Position numbers and translations under genes: made by a program. Positions 29,620-39,026 of a DNA stretch of 64,000 bases are shown in pieces. Source of the stretch: Mycobacteriales bacterium. GTDB taxonomy: Bacteria > Actinomycetota > Actinomycetes > BP-191. The notes beneath the pieces are model-generated. The model was not told the DNA's origin, did no database searches, and saw only the letters and a program-made list of their open reading frames with translations. The stretch's first letter is position 1. Each line of letters begins with the position of its first letter. The stretch covers positions 40,882-104,881 of the forward strand of contig DATLOQ010000045.1 in NCBI GenBank assembly GCA_035536235.1, read 5' to 3'.

Positions 29620-30486
29620 ATGACCGACGCCGACCTGAGGCGGCTGCCGCCCGAGCTGCACGCGCGCGCCCGGGCCGTCGCCGCCGGGTCCGCCCCTGTC
29701 GCCGAGCCGCGGCATGCCGCGACCGTCATGCTCCTGCGCGACTCCGCTCCCGGACCCGGTGTTGAGGTCTACATGCTCCGGCGAGTTGCGGGCATGGCGT
29801 TCGCAGGAGGGATGTATGTCTTCCCCGGCGGCTCCGTCGACCCCCGCGACTCCGACGCGGAGGTGGCGTGGTCTGGTCCGCCGGACACTGAGTGGACGCG
29901 GCTGCTCAACGCCGATGCGCCACTCGCGAGGGCGCTCGTCTGCACCGCTGTGCGCGAGACGTTCGAAGAAGCGGGCGTGCTCCTTGCTGGGGCCGACGGT
30001 CAGCGCACGGTGACGGTGGACCACGACATCGAGCACTGGGCTGGTGAGCAGGCGGCGCTGCTGGACCGCTCGGCATCCATAGCTGATGTGCTCTGCCGCA
30101 ATAGTCTGGTGCTGCGAGCAGACCTGCTGCGGGCCTGGGCGCACTGGATCACGCCAGAGACCGAGCCCAAGCGCTTCGACACCCGCTTCTTCGTGGCCGC
30201 GCTGCCCGAGGGGCAGCGCCCGGTGCACTTCGCCGGAGAGAGCGATGCGAGCGAGTGGGTGCGTCCGGCAGACGCACTGGCGCGCCGTGCATCGGGCGAG
30301 ATGGTGATGATGCCGCCGACCGTGATGACCCTCGTCGAGCTCGCTGGGTTCGCGGATGTAGCCGAGGTGCTCAACGCCGCTGCGACGCGGCAGATCACCC
30401 CGGTGCTGCCGCGGGTCGTGGTCGCGGGTGAGGACGTTCTGCTCCTGCTGCCCGGTGACCCGGGCTACCCCCATGCCGACGCCTGA
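29620..30486 (+). CDS. NUDIX hydrolase
   Basis: Nudix box GGSVDPRDSDAEVAWSGPPDTEWTRLLNADAPLARALVCTAVRETFEEAGVLL. Confidence 0.8.
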   Translation: MTDADLRRLPPELHARARAVAAGSAPVAEPRHAATVMLLRDSAPGPGVEVYMLRRVAGMAFAGGMYVFPGGSVDPRDSDAEVAWSGPPDTEWTRLLNADAPLARALVCTAVRETFEEAGVLLAGADGQRTVTVDHDIEHWAGEQAALLDRSASIADVLCRNSLVLRADLLRAWAHWITPETEPKRFDTRFFVAALPEGQRPVHFAGESDASEWVRPADALARRASGEMVMMPPTVMTLVELAGFADVAEVLNAAATRQITPVLPRVVVAGEDVLLLLPGDPGYPHADA

Positions 30487-31291
30487 CGTCGTCAGCGGGC
30501 GGGCTCGTCGGGTGCTCGCCCCCAACCCGGGGCCCATGACGCTCGAAGGCACCAATACCTGGCTGCTCGCGGAGCCCGGTTCGACAGAGGTAGTGGTGGT
30601 CGACCCTGGGCCCGATGACCCCGGTCACCTCGCGGCGATCCGCCGCAGCGCCGACGACGAGGGCCAGCGGATCGCCCTCGTCGTACTCACCCATGGACAT
30701 CCGGACCACAGCGCGGGGGCGCGAAGTTTGGCCGCGGGTGCTGGTGTCGCCATTCGAGCCTTCGACCCGGCGCATCGCCTTGGCGACGAAGGACTCGGTG
30801 ACGGTGACCTCGTCGAGATCAGCGGTCTGGAGCTGCGGGGCCTCGCCACGCCGGGGCACAGTGCTGACCACGTCTGCCTGGTGATGCCGGCCGAGTCCGC
30901 AGTGCTGACCGGCGACCACGTGCTGGGGCGCGGGACGTCAGTGGTGGCCCATCCCGACGGCCGGATGGCCGACTACCTGCGCTCGCTGGAGCGCCTTCGC
31001 GACCTGGGCGCGAGCCGCCTCCTGCCGGGTCACGGACCGGTGGTCGACGATCCCGCCACCGTCATCGAGCACTACATCGCGCACCGCCGCGAGCGACTGG
31101 ACCAGCTGGTCACCGAGCTCGGTGCCATGGGCCTGGCCACCCCCCGAGAGCTGGTCGAGCGGATCTACGCCGACGTCGACCCGGTGCTGTGGTTTGCGGC
31201 AGAGATGAGCCTGCGGGCCGCTCTTGAGGTGCTGGTCGACGAAGGTCGCGCCGCTGTCGACGCCGACGGTCGACACGAGCTGCTGCGATGA
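30473..31291 (+). CDS. MBL-fold metallo-hydrolase
   Basis: THGHPDHSAG zinc-binding motif. Confidence 0.8.
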   Translation: MPTPDVVSGRARRVLAPNPGPMTLEGTNTWLLAEPGSTEVVVVDPGPDDPGHLAAIRRSADDEGQRIALVVLTHGHPDHSAGARSLAAGAGVAIRAFDPAHRLGDEGLGDGDLVEISGLELRGLATPGHSADHVCLVMPAESAVLTGDHVLGRGTSVVAHPDGRMADYLRSLERLRDLGASRLLPGHGPVVDDPATVIEHYIAHRRERLDQLVTELGAMGLATPRELVERIYADVDPVLWFAAEMSLRAALEVLVDEGRAAVDADGRHELLR

Positions 31292-34200
31292 GCGCGGGCC
31301 CCCCACTTGCGTGCCCGGTCTGCGGTACGCCGACCGTTCCCGCCGCCCACTTCTGCTTCCAGTGCGGTGCCGCACTGCAGGGCCTGAGCGACTTGCACAG
31401 TGATCACGGTGCAGAGCGCCGGGTGGTCACTGTCCTCTTCGGTGACCTCAGCGACTTCACGGCCTGGGCGGAGGACCTCGACCCGGAGCGAGTGGGGGTC
31501 GTCACCGACCGGCTGCTCGCCTCCCTGACGGACGCCGTAACCGCGTTCGGCGGCCATGTCGACAAGCTCACCGGCGACGGCATCATGGCGATCTTCGGAG
31601 CGCCGACGGCACACGAGGACGACGCCGAACGAGCCGTCCGAGCCGCGATGCAGATGCAGGACGAGCTTGGCCGCCTCGTCGCCGAGGAGTCCGGCGGTGG
31701 GCGTCAGCTGGGGCTGCGCGTCGGGCTCAACACCGGCGAGGTGCTGGCCGGGGTGCGGGCCGGCGTGTCCTACACCGTCGTGGGCGACACGGTGAACACT
31801 GCCTCCCGCCTGTCCGACGCGGCAGGGGTCGGCGCGGTGGTGGCCGGCCAGGCCACGGTGGGGCCGACGCTCGCGATCGCCTCGTGGCGCGCGCTGCCGC
31901 CGCTGCGGCTGAAGGGCAAGCGCGACCCCGTGGTGGCGTATGAGCTGATCGCCCTGCGCCGGCGTACGGCGACCCGGCTCGGGCTTGGTGACGAAGCGCC
32001 GCTCACGGGCCGGGAGGCGGAGCTCGGGCTGCTGGTGAGCCGGGTACGCGACTCAGCGGAGCGACGTACGCCGACGACGCTGCTGCTCACCGGGGCGGCT
32101 GGTGTCGGCAAGACGCGGCTCTGGCGCGAGCTGGCCCGGGTGGTCGCCGAGATGCCTGGCTCCCGGGTGCTCGTCGGCCGATGCCCGCCGTACGGCCGCG
32201 CCCGGGACCTGGCCCCGATCGTCGAGATGGTCCGCACCGCCTGCGGCGTCGGCGACGACGATGACGACGCGGTCGCCAGGGGACGCGTCGTTCGCCTCGT
32301 CAGCCGGCTCGACCATCCCGCGAGGGCACGGCGAGGCGGCGGGATGCTGACCGAAACGCTGCTCAACCTCCTCGGCCTTGGCGACGTCGACCTCACCGCC
32401 CCCCGGGAGGCCGCGCCGCCCGGCGAGCAGGGCGGGCGGGGAGAGAGCATCGCTGCGGCGCTGGCCGGACTCTTCTCGGCCCTGGCCGGGGAGGGTCCGC
32501 TTCTGCTGGTCGTGGACGACCTCCAGTGGTCCGGACGCGGGCTGCTCGACCTGCTGACCGCTGTCGCATCGCAGCTCGACGGCGCGGTGACCATGCTCGC
32601 TGTGGGTCGACAGGAGCTGGTCGAAAAGCACGAGGACTGGAGTCCGCGGCTGCCCGACCCGGTGCTGCTGCCCCTGGCTCCGCTGGAGGAGCCGGCGGCC
32701 GACCGGCTGCTGCGCGCCTACCTCGGCGGGTCGGAGCTGGCGGGCAGCGCGCGCCGGATGCTCCTGGACCGGGCGCAGGGCAATCCGTTCTTCCTCGCCG
32801 AGCTGCTGCACCTCCTCATCGACCGAGGCCTGCTGCGTCGCGAGGACGAGGGGTGGGTGGTGACCGGCGACCTGCCGGAGCGGGTGCTGCCGGCCGGCGT
32901 GCACGCGGTGCTGGCCGCACGCATCGACGCTCTGCCCGCGGCTGCCCGCGCCACCTTGCGGGCCGCGGCGGTGGTCGGCAACCGCTTCTGGACCGGTGCG
33001 CTCGTGGCACTGACGGGTCGGGCGGCCGACGAGGTGCGACAGCACCTCTCCGTGCTGGTCGACCACGACGTCGTCCGCTCGGCCGGCGGCGATGCCTGGT
33101 CCTTCACCCACGCGCTGACTCGGGAGGTTGCCTATGCCGGCGTAGCAAAAGTCGACCGAGCCCGCGAGCACGCCCTGGTGGCGCACTGGGCCGTGCGAGA
33201 GCTGACGGGCAGCCCGGCGGAGGTCGATGTGGCCGTGGCGGCGCAAGCCGAGCTGGCCGCCAACCTGGCGCGCGAGATGTCGCTGCCCGTGGGCGACCCG
33301 GCCTGGCTGGCCGCCGAGGTCGGTGTCCTCGCGCTAGTGCGGCTTGGCCGCACCTCCCTCGCGCGCGACGACAACATCAGTGCGGTGGAGCTGCTGGGAC
33401 GGGCTACGGCACTTGGCACGGACAGCGTGTCGGCGGCCGCTTCCTTCGACGCCGGCGTGGCGTACGCCGATGCGCTGGCGCGCGTCCACCGCCTCGATGA
33501 AGCTCTGGTCGCACTGGCTCCCGCGTTGGCCGCCGCTGACCTGGGTGTGCTCGCCGGTGCGCTCGCGGTGCAGGGGGACGTGCGGCGCAAGCAGGGCGAC
33601 GACAAGGGGGCGACGGAGTCCTTCGTCCGGGCGCTGGCCGCTGCCTCAGAGGTGGGTGACGACCGGCTCGTGGCCGAGGCGCTGCGCCAGCTCGGCCTCC
33701 TCGACTTCTTCGCCGGGCGGCTCCCGGAGGCGGAGGAGCGGTTCACCCAGGCCCTTGAGCTGGCCCGCAGGGTCCGCGATCCGCGCGGCACGGGGTGGGC
33801 ACTGCAGCACTTGGCGTGGAGCGCGACGACGCGGGGCGACTACGCCCGCGCCGACGAGACCCTGCGGGCGGCTACGGCGGTCTTCGCCGAGTTCGACGAC
33901 GACCGGGGAGTCGCCTGGTGTGCCGGCACCGAGGCGTTGGTCCGGATGCTCCAGGGGCGGCTGGGAGAAGCGAAGAGCCTGGTCCGGGTGCTGATCGACC
34001 AGACCCGGGCCCACGGCAACCGGTGGGCGGCCGGCGCTTGCCTCACCATCGACGCCATTGCGTCCAGCGAGCTCGGGAACGTGACGCTGGCCGTCGAGCG
34101 GGGACGCCAGGCGCACCTGATCTTCACGGAGCTCGCCGACTCATGGGGTACGTCGCTCGCGCTGGTCGCCCGAGGGATGGCGGCGAGGGCCGGGGGCTCC

Positions 34201-34803
34201 GCGGAGGAGGCGGTGCTGCTGCTCTCCGAGTCAGCTCTTCATGCTGACCGCCACCGGCATCCTTCGGTAGGCACCCTGGCGCTGGTGACCCTCGGCTGGT
34301 GTCACTACGAGGCGCAGCGCCTCGACGACGCGGAAGCCGCCGTTCGTCGATCCCTGGAGCTTGCGGGAGGCCTCGGACTTGAGCCGCAGGCCGCGACGGG
34401 CGAACGGGTGCTCCTGGCGCTGATCGCCCGAGCTCGCGGCGACCTGCCGACGGCGCTGCGCACCCTGCACGACGTCACGAGGACGCCGGCCAGCTCGACG
34501 CTGCTGTTCCCCATGCGCCAGGCCGTCGCTCACTACGCCGCGACGCTGCTCCAGGCGGGTCGTCTCTCGGAGGCACTGGCCCAGGCGGAGCTGGCGCTCA
34601 GCGTGCCGGCCGAGGACGTGCGCTCCACGGTGATCGCCCACCGCGCCTATGGTGCCGCCCTCGCTGCGACCGGCCGACGGGCGGACGCGGAGCAGGCTCT
34701 ACGCACGGCCTGCCGCGTCGCGGAGTCGACCGAGCATGTGCGGGAGCGAGAGGTGACGCAGCGCGCTCTGGCGGACTTCCTTGCCGGCGCTGCTGCGAGG
34801 TAA
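31288..34803 (+). CDS. Multidomain signalling protein: Zn-ribbon, class III adenylate/guanylate cyclase, AAA/NB-ARC ATPase and TPR repeats (STAND type)
   Basis: CPVCGTP...CFQCG ribbon; cyclase core VTVLFGDLSDFT...GDGIMAIFGAP; Walker A GAAGVGKTRL; long TPR-like C-terminus. No LuxR HTH recognised at the end. Confidence 0.8.
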   Translation: MSAGPPLACPVCGTPTVPAAHFCFQCGAALQGLSDLHSDHGAERRVVTVLFGDLSDFTAWAEDLDPERVGVVTDRLLASLTDAVTAFGGHVDKLTGDGIMAIFGAPTAHEDDAERAVRAAMQMQDELGRLVAEESGGGRQLGLRVGLNTGEVLAGVRAGVSYTVVGDTVNTASRLSDAAGVGAVVAGQATVGPTLAIASWRALPPLRLKGKRDPVVAYELIALRRRTATRLGLGDEAPLTGREAELGLLVSRVRDSAERRTPTTLLLTGAAGVGKTRLWRELARVVAEMPGSRVLVGRCPPYGRARDLAPIVEMVRTACGVGDDDDDAVARGRVVRLVSRLDHPARARRGGGMLTETLLNLLGLGDVDLTAPREAAPPGEQGGRGESIAAALAGLFSALAGEGPLLLVVDDLQWSGRGLLDLLTAVASQLDGAVTMLAVGRQELVEKHEDWSPRLPDPVLLPLAPLEEPAADRLLRAYLGGSELAGSARRMLLDRAQGNPFFLAELLHLLIDRGLLRREDEGWVVTGDLPERVLPAGVHAVLAARIDALPAAARATLRAAAVVGNRFWTGALVALTGRAADEVRQHLSVLVDHDVVRSAGGDAWSFTHALTREVAYAGVAKVDRAREHALVAHWAVRELTGSPAEVDVAVAAQAELAANLAREMSLPVGDPAWLAAEVGVLALVRLGRTSLARDDNISAVELLGRATALGTDSVSAAASFDAGVAYADALARVHRLDEALVALAPALAAADLGVLAGALAVQGDVRRKQGDDKGATESFVRALAAASEVGDDRLVAEALRQLGLLDFFAGRLPEAEERFTQALELARRVRDPRGTGWALQHLAWSATTRGDYARADETLRAATAVFAEFDDDRGVAWCAGTEALVRMLQGRLGEAKSLVRVLIDQTRAHGNRWAAGACLTIDAIASSELGNVTLAVERGRQAHLIFTELADSWGTSLALVARGMAARAGGSAEEAVLLLSESALHADRHRHPSVGTLALVTLGWCHYEAQRLDDAEAAVRRSLELAGGLGLEPQAATGERVLLALIARARGDLPTALRTLHDVTRTPASSTLLFPMRQAVAHYAATLLQAGRLSEALAQAELALSVPAEDVRSTVIAHRAYGAALAATGRRADAEQALRTACRVAESTEHVREREVTQRALADFLAGAAAR

Positions 34804-34829
34804 GCCTCAGGAAGGGTCAGTGCGGCAGG

Positions 34830-35075
34830 TCACTCCGCAGAGGTGCTCTGCGCACGCCCGCGACGGCGCCAGTACCGGTCGAGAGCTGACGCGTAGCCAT
34901 GGCTGACGAACGTCTCGAGCTCCTCCGGACGAGCGTTGACCAAGAAGGTCTCCAGCTGCAGCCCCACCTCGTCGACGCGCAGCGGGCGCTCAACGCGTTC
35001 CATGCCCAGCATCGCCAACATCAGCGCCAGCGGGAACACCAGCACGATCAGCGGCAGGAGCAGGTCTGTCGACAC
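34830..35075 (-). CDS. Possible small membrane protein (81 aa)
   Basis: Hydrophobic N-terminus LLLPLIVLVFPLALMLAMLG; no family recognised. Confidence 0.2.
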   Translation of the reverse strand: MSTDLLLPLIVLVFPLALMLAMLGMERVERPLRVDEVGLQLETFLVNARPEELETFVSHGYASALDRYWRRRGRAQSTSAE

Positions 35076-35122
35076 TTCTGACGGGTACCCATTTCTGCGC
35101 CGGTCACTCCTGGCGAACTAGG

Positions 35123-36178
35123 GTGCGACCCATGAGGGCTGTGGTCTATCGCGGCGAGCACGACGTCCGGGTGGAGGACGTCGCCGAGCCGGAGATCCTC
35201 TCGCCGGGTGACGCCATCGTCCGGGTGAGCAAAGCGGCGATCTGCGGCTCCGATCTGCACTTCTACAACGGCCGGGTGCCCGGCGTCTTCGAGGGCACGG
35301 TTGTCGGACACGAGTACGTCGGCACGGTGGTGGCCACCGGCGATGACGTCACCCGGTTCGGCGTCGGCGACGAGGTCGTCGGCTCCTTCCAGATCGCCTG
35401 CGGTCGCTGCGTCCCCTGTCGCGCAGGGCGGTTCAATCACTGCGATGACTTGGGCGTCCTGGGCTACGGGATCTTCGTCGGCGACCTCGCCGGGGCTCAG
35501 GCCGAGCTGGTGCGGATCCCGCACGCCGACGTGAACCTCCTCGCCGTTCCGCCGGGCATCACCGGTGAGCAGGCGCTGTTCGCCGGCGACATCCTGACCA
35601 CTGGCTGGTACGCCGCGGGCATCGCGGACATCACCCCGGGCGCCACGGTCGCCGTCGTCGGCTGCGGACCCGTCGGGACCTTCGCGCAGCTGGCTGCGAA
35701 GGCCATGGGAGCCTCGGCAGTCGTGGCGATGGACCTGGTGCCCAGCCGGTTGGAGCTGGCGCGCTCGCTGGGCTCCGTGCCGGTCAACATCGCCGACCGG
35801 TCCCCAGCCGTGGCGGTGGAGGACATCCTCGGCGGCTCGGCCGACGTGGTGATCGAGACGGTCGGGCTCCCCCCGGCACTGATCACTGCCATCGACTGTG
35901 TGCGGCCCGGTGGCACGGTGAGCGTGATCGGGGTGCACACCGACTTCGAGCAGTCGCTGCCGGTCAGCAACCTCTTCACCCGCAACATCACCCTGCGATT
36001 CGGCGGCTTGTGCAACGTGCAAGGCTGGTGGGAGCAGGCGCTGCACGCAGTCGCGTCCGGCCAGGTCGACCCCACGGTGGTCATCAGCCACCGGATGCCG
36101 CTCGAAGAAGCCGCGGAGGGCTACCGGCTCTTCGAGGCCAAGACGGCGATGAAGGTCGTGCTGGACGTCAGCCCCTGA
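35123..36178 (+). CDS. Zinc-dependent alcohol dehydrogenase family (MDR) oxidoreductase
   Basis: GHEYVG, structural-zinc CGRCVPCRAG, Rossmann VVGCGPVG. Confidence 0.85.
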   Translation: MRPMRAVVYRGEHDVRVEDVAEPEILSPGDAIVRVSKAAICGSDLHFYNGRVPGVFEGTVVGHEYVGTVVATGDDVTRFGVGDEVVGSFQIACGRCVPCRAGRFNHCDDLGVLGYGIFVGDLAGAQAELVRIPHADVNLLAVPPGITGEQALFAGDILTTGWYAAGIADITPGATVAVVGCGPVGTFAQLAAKAMGASAVVAMDLVPSRLELARSLGSVPVNIADRSPAVAVEDILGGSADVVIETVGLPPALITAIDCVRPGGTVSVIGVHTDFEQSLPVSNLFTRNITLRFGGLCNVQGWWEQALHAVASGQVDPTVVISHRMPLEEAAEGYRLFEAKTAMKVVLDVSP

Positions 36179-36185
36179 CGGCCTA

Positions 36186-36746
36186 TCAGGCGGTGCTGCG
36201 GGCCGGGCTGTGTGACGTCGGGAGGACGCCGAGGCACAGTGCGGGCTCCTCCCGATAGCGGGCGATCAGCTCCGTCGTAGCCGCCGAGATCCGTTGGTGG
36301 AGCGCGGACCGGTAGGCGGAGAGCTGGGCCTCGGCTTCCGTCAGCTCGGACACCAGCGCGGCCCGGCCCGCTTCGTCGCCTGGTTCAACGGTGCGGTCCC
36401 AGAGCTGCTCCAGGTTGGGCAGCGGGGGGATGTCGTCGAAGGGCATGATCTCGATGAGCGCGGTGCGCCCGCCGGCGACCCGTGAGTCCGTGAGCATCGG
36501 ACGCAGGTGGTCGAGGTCGCCGGTCATCCGCTCGGCGCGCAGGGTGTCCAGCCGAGCCTGCAGGATGCGCCGCCAGTAGGAGACGCGGCTCTCCTCCTGG
36601 CTCAGCGTCTGGCGGTAATGCCGTACGCCGTCCAGCCTGAGGTGGTTGAAGTCCGCACTGCGCTCGGGCACCGCCTTCGGCTCACCCGATTGGGACGTCA
36701 AGACTTCACCTTCGATAGGGGCACTCGGCTGCTGATGCTGGGTCAC
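36186..36746 (-). CDS. Helical protein with an RsiG-type ExxxSxxRxxxQxxxD motif (RsiG-like c-di-GMP-binding anti-sigma candidate)
   Basis: EESRVSYWRRILQARLD matches E(x3)S(x2)R(x3)Q(x3)D exactly; a second degenerate copy is EAQLSAYRSALHQRIS. Confidence 0.35.
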   Translation of the reverse strand: MTQHQQPSAPIEGEVLTSQSGEPKAVPERSADFNHLRLDGVRHYRQTLSQEESRVSYWRRILQARLDTLRAERMTGDLDHLRPMLTDSRVAGGRTALIEIMPFDDIPPLPNLEQLWDRTVEPGDEAGRAALVSELTEAEAQLSAYRSALHQRISAATTELIARYREEPALCLGVLPTSHSPARSTA

Positions 36747-36846
36747 TGCAGTAACCCAGTGTCGGCATCGTCACGGGCATGCGGGTGCTTGAGTGGGCCA
36801 TCCGGGTGATCAGCACGCGCGCCGGTGGCGTCGTACGCTTCTGTCG

Positions 36847-37527
36847 ATGAGCCCGACCCGCGCCGCCACCCTGTCGGCGAGCCGCACCGCGCTGGTCCGT
36901 CGGGCCCGCGCGGTCAACCGCGGGCTCGCCCAGGCCTACCCCGACGCGCACTGCGAGCTCGACTTCACCACGCCGCTCGAGCTCTGCGTGGCGACGATCC
37001 TCAGTGCCCAGTGCACCGACAAGAAGGTCAACGAGGTCACCCCGGCGCTGTTCGCCCGCTATCGCAGCGCTGCGGACTACGCCGGGGCGGACCGCGACGA
37101 GATGGAAGTGCTGATCAAGCAGACCGGCTTCTTCCGGGCCAAGACGACGTCGCTGATCGGGCTCGGCCAGGCTCTCTGCGACCGCTACCAGGGGCAGGTG
37201 CCCGGACGGCTCGAGGACCTGATCACCCTGCCGGGCATCGGGCGCAAGACCGCCAACGTCGTGCTCGGCAATGCTTTCGGCGTCCCCGGGCTGACCGTCG
37301 ACACCCACTTCGGCCGGCTGGCCCGGCGCCTCGGCTGGACCGTGGAGGACGACCCGGTGAAGGTCGAGCGTGAGGTGATGGACCTGATCCCTCGAGCCGA
37401 GTGGACGATGCTGTCGCACCGGCTCATCTGGCACGGCCGCCGCTGCTGCTTCGCCCGCAAGCCGGCTTGTGGCGCCTGCAGCGTGGCCCGGCTGTGCCCG
37501 TCGGCGGGTCTAGTGGGCACTCCCTGA
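36847..37527 (+). CDS. nth: Endonuclease III
   Basis: HhH-GPD region [13 protein letters not shown] and 4Fe-4S cluster [18 protein letters not shown]. Confidence 0.9.
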   Translation: MSPTRAATLSASRTALVRRARAVNRGLAQAYPDAHCELDFTTPLELCVATILSAQCTDKKVNEVTPALFARYRSAADYAGADRDEMEVLIKQTGFFRAKTTSLIGLGQALCDRYQGQVPGRLEDLITLPGIGRKTANVVLGNAFGVPGLTVDTHFGRLARRLGWTVEDDPVKVEREVMDLIPRAEWTMLSHRLIWHGRRCCFARKPACGACSVARLCPSAGLVGTP

Positions 37528-37540
37528 TGAGCCTCCCCGA

Positions 37541-38173
37541 ATGAACCACGTCGACCGCCGTACGACGGCAGTGGTGCTTGTCTTGGTCGCGTCCCTCCTT
37601 GGCTGCACCGGCGGCTCGAGCGGGGACGGCCGGGCCAAGGAGTCCGAGGGCATCTTCGATCCCTCCGACGACCGGAGCCTGCCGCCGATCGCCACCGCCG
37701 ACTGCCCGGACACCAGCGTGCTCCGTCCGGCGGCTTCCTCGGGCGCCCGGCTGCCCGACCTCGACCTCGCCTGTATCGGGTCCGACCGCACCGTGTCGCT
37801 CCGGGCCATCAGCGGGGTGCCGACCGTCCTCAACGTGTGGGCGTCGTGGTGCCTGCCGTGCAAGAAGGAGATGCCGGCCTTCCAGCGGGTCTTCACCGCG
37901 GCCCGAGGGCGGGTCGCCTTCCTCGGAGTGAACGTCGCGGACGACGAGCGCAACGCCCGAGCCACGATCCAGAGCACCGGCATCTCCTATGCCAGCGTCC
38001 GCTCGGCGGGTCGAGAGATGCTCAACGCGCTACGGGTGCCCGGCCCGCCCACGACGCTGTTCGTCGACGCCCGGGGTGCCCTCGTTCACCAGGAAGTGGG
38101 TGAGCTCAGCGAGGCCGAGCTGCGCCAGCGGATCGAGGAGCATCTCGGCGTCGACGTACCCGCCATTCCGTGA
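37541..38173 (+). CDS. TlpA/ResA-like thiol:disulfide oxidoreductase (thioredoxin fold)
   Basis: Signal/TM followed by a WCLPC active site. Confidence 0.8.
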   Translation: MNHVDRRTTAVVLVLVASLLGCTGGSSGDGRAKESEGIFDPSDDRSLPPIATADCPDTSVLRPAASSGARLPDLDLACIGSDRTVSLRAISGVPTVLNVWASWCLPCKKEMPAFQRVFTAARGRVAFLGVNVADDERNARATIQSTGISYASVRSAGREMLNALRVPGPPTTLFVDARGALVHQEVGELSEAELRQRIEEHLGVDVPAIP

Positions 38174-38225
38174 CCCCCCCAACCGCCTCGCCGCGTCCGC
38201 ACCTCCGCCGGGCGCGCCCCGCCCG

Positions 38226-39026
38226 GTGATCAATGGTGAGAACGTGCCGACGGATGGGCAAGAACGCACCACTGATCACCTGGGTGCGCGGGCGCCGGTG
38301 CGGGCGGAGGCGCGGGTAGACCCGCGGATGCTGCCGGATTGGCTCCGGCCGCTGGAGGCCGGGCTGGGCCAGGTCCGCGCCGAGGACATCAGCCGGTTCA
38401 CCCCCCCTCCCGGGACGCCGGGTCGCCAGGGCGCCGTCCTCGCGCTCTTCGGCGAAGGCCCCGCTGGGCCCGACCTGCTCTTCATCGAGCGGGCCCACAC
38501 CATGCGCTCGCATGCCGGCCAGCCCGCCTTCCCGGGCGGCAGCGTCGACGAGGGCGACCCGAGCATCGCAGCCACGGCGCTGCGCGAGGCGACTGAGGAG
38601 GTTGGCCTCGACCCGGGCGGCGTGACCGTCTTCGGCACTCTGCCTCCGCTCTACCTGCCGCCGAGCGCCTTCACCGTGACGACGGTGCTCGGGTGGTGGC
38701 ACACGCCGTGCGCGGTGCACGCCGCCGATGCCGACGAGGTCGCCTCCGTCGTACGCGTGCCGATCGCCGACCTCGCAGACCCGGCCAACCGGTGCCGGGT
38801 CCGGCTGCTCGGCGACTACACCGGTCCTGGCTTCCGGGTCGGCGGCCTGCTCGTCTGGGGGTTCACCGCCGGCCTTGTCGACGCGCTGCTCCGCTTCGGC
38901 GGCTGGGCGCTGCCGTGGGAGCCCGCCGATGTCGTCGACCGGCCGGAGCCTCGGCTCGCCGCGGGGCATGCGCCGTACGATCCGGCGGACGTGCCCAGTG
39001 GGGAAGACGGAGGTGAGCAGCAGTGA
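38226..39026 (+). CDS. NUDIX hydrolase (CoA pyrophosphatase-like)
   Basis: Nudix box GGSVDEGDPSIAATALREATEEVGL; start ambiguous (GTG 38226 or ATG 38328). Confidence 0.7.
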   Translation: MINGENVPTDGQERTTDHLGARAPVRAEARVDPRMLPDWLRPLEAGLGQVRAEDISRFTPPPGTPGRQGAVLALFGEGPAGPDLLFIERAHTMRSHAGQPAFPGGSVDEGDPSIAATALREATEEVGLDPGGVTVFGTLPPLYLPPSAFTVTTVLGWWHTPCAVHAADADEVASVVRVPIADLADPANRCRVRLLGDYTGPGFRVGGLLVWGFTAGLVDALLRFGGWALPWEPADVVDRPEPRLAAGHAPYDPADVPSGEDGGEQQ

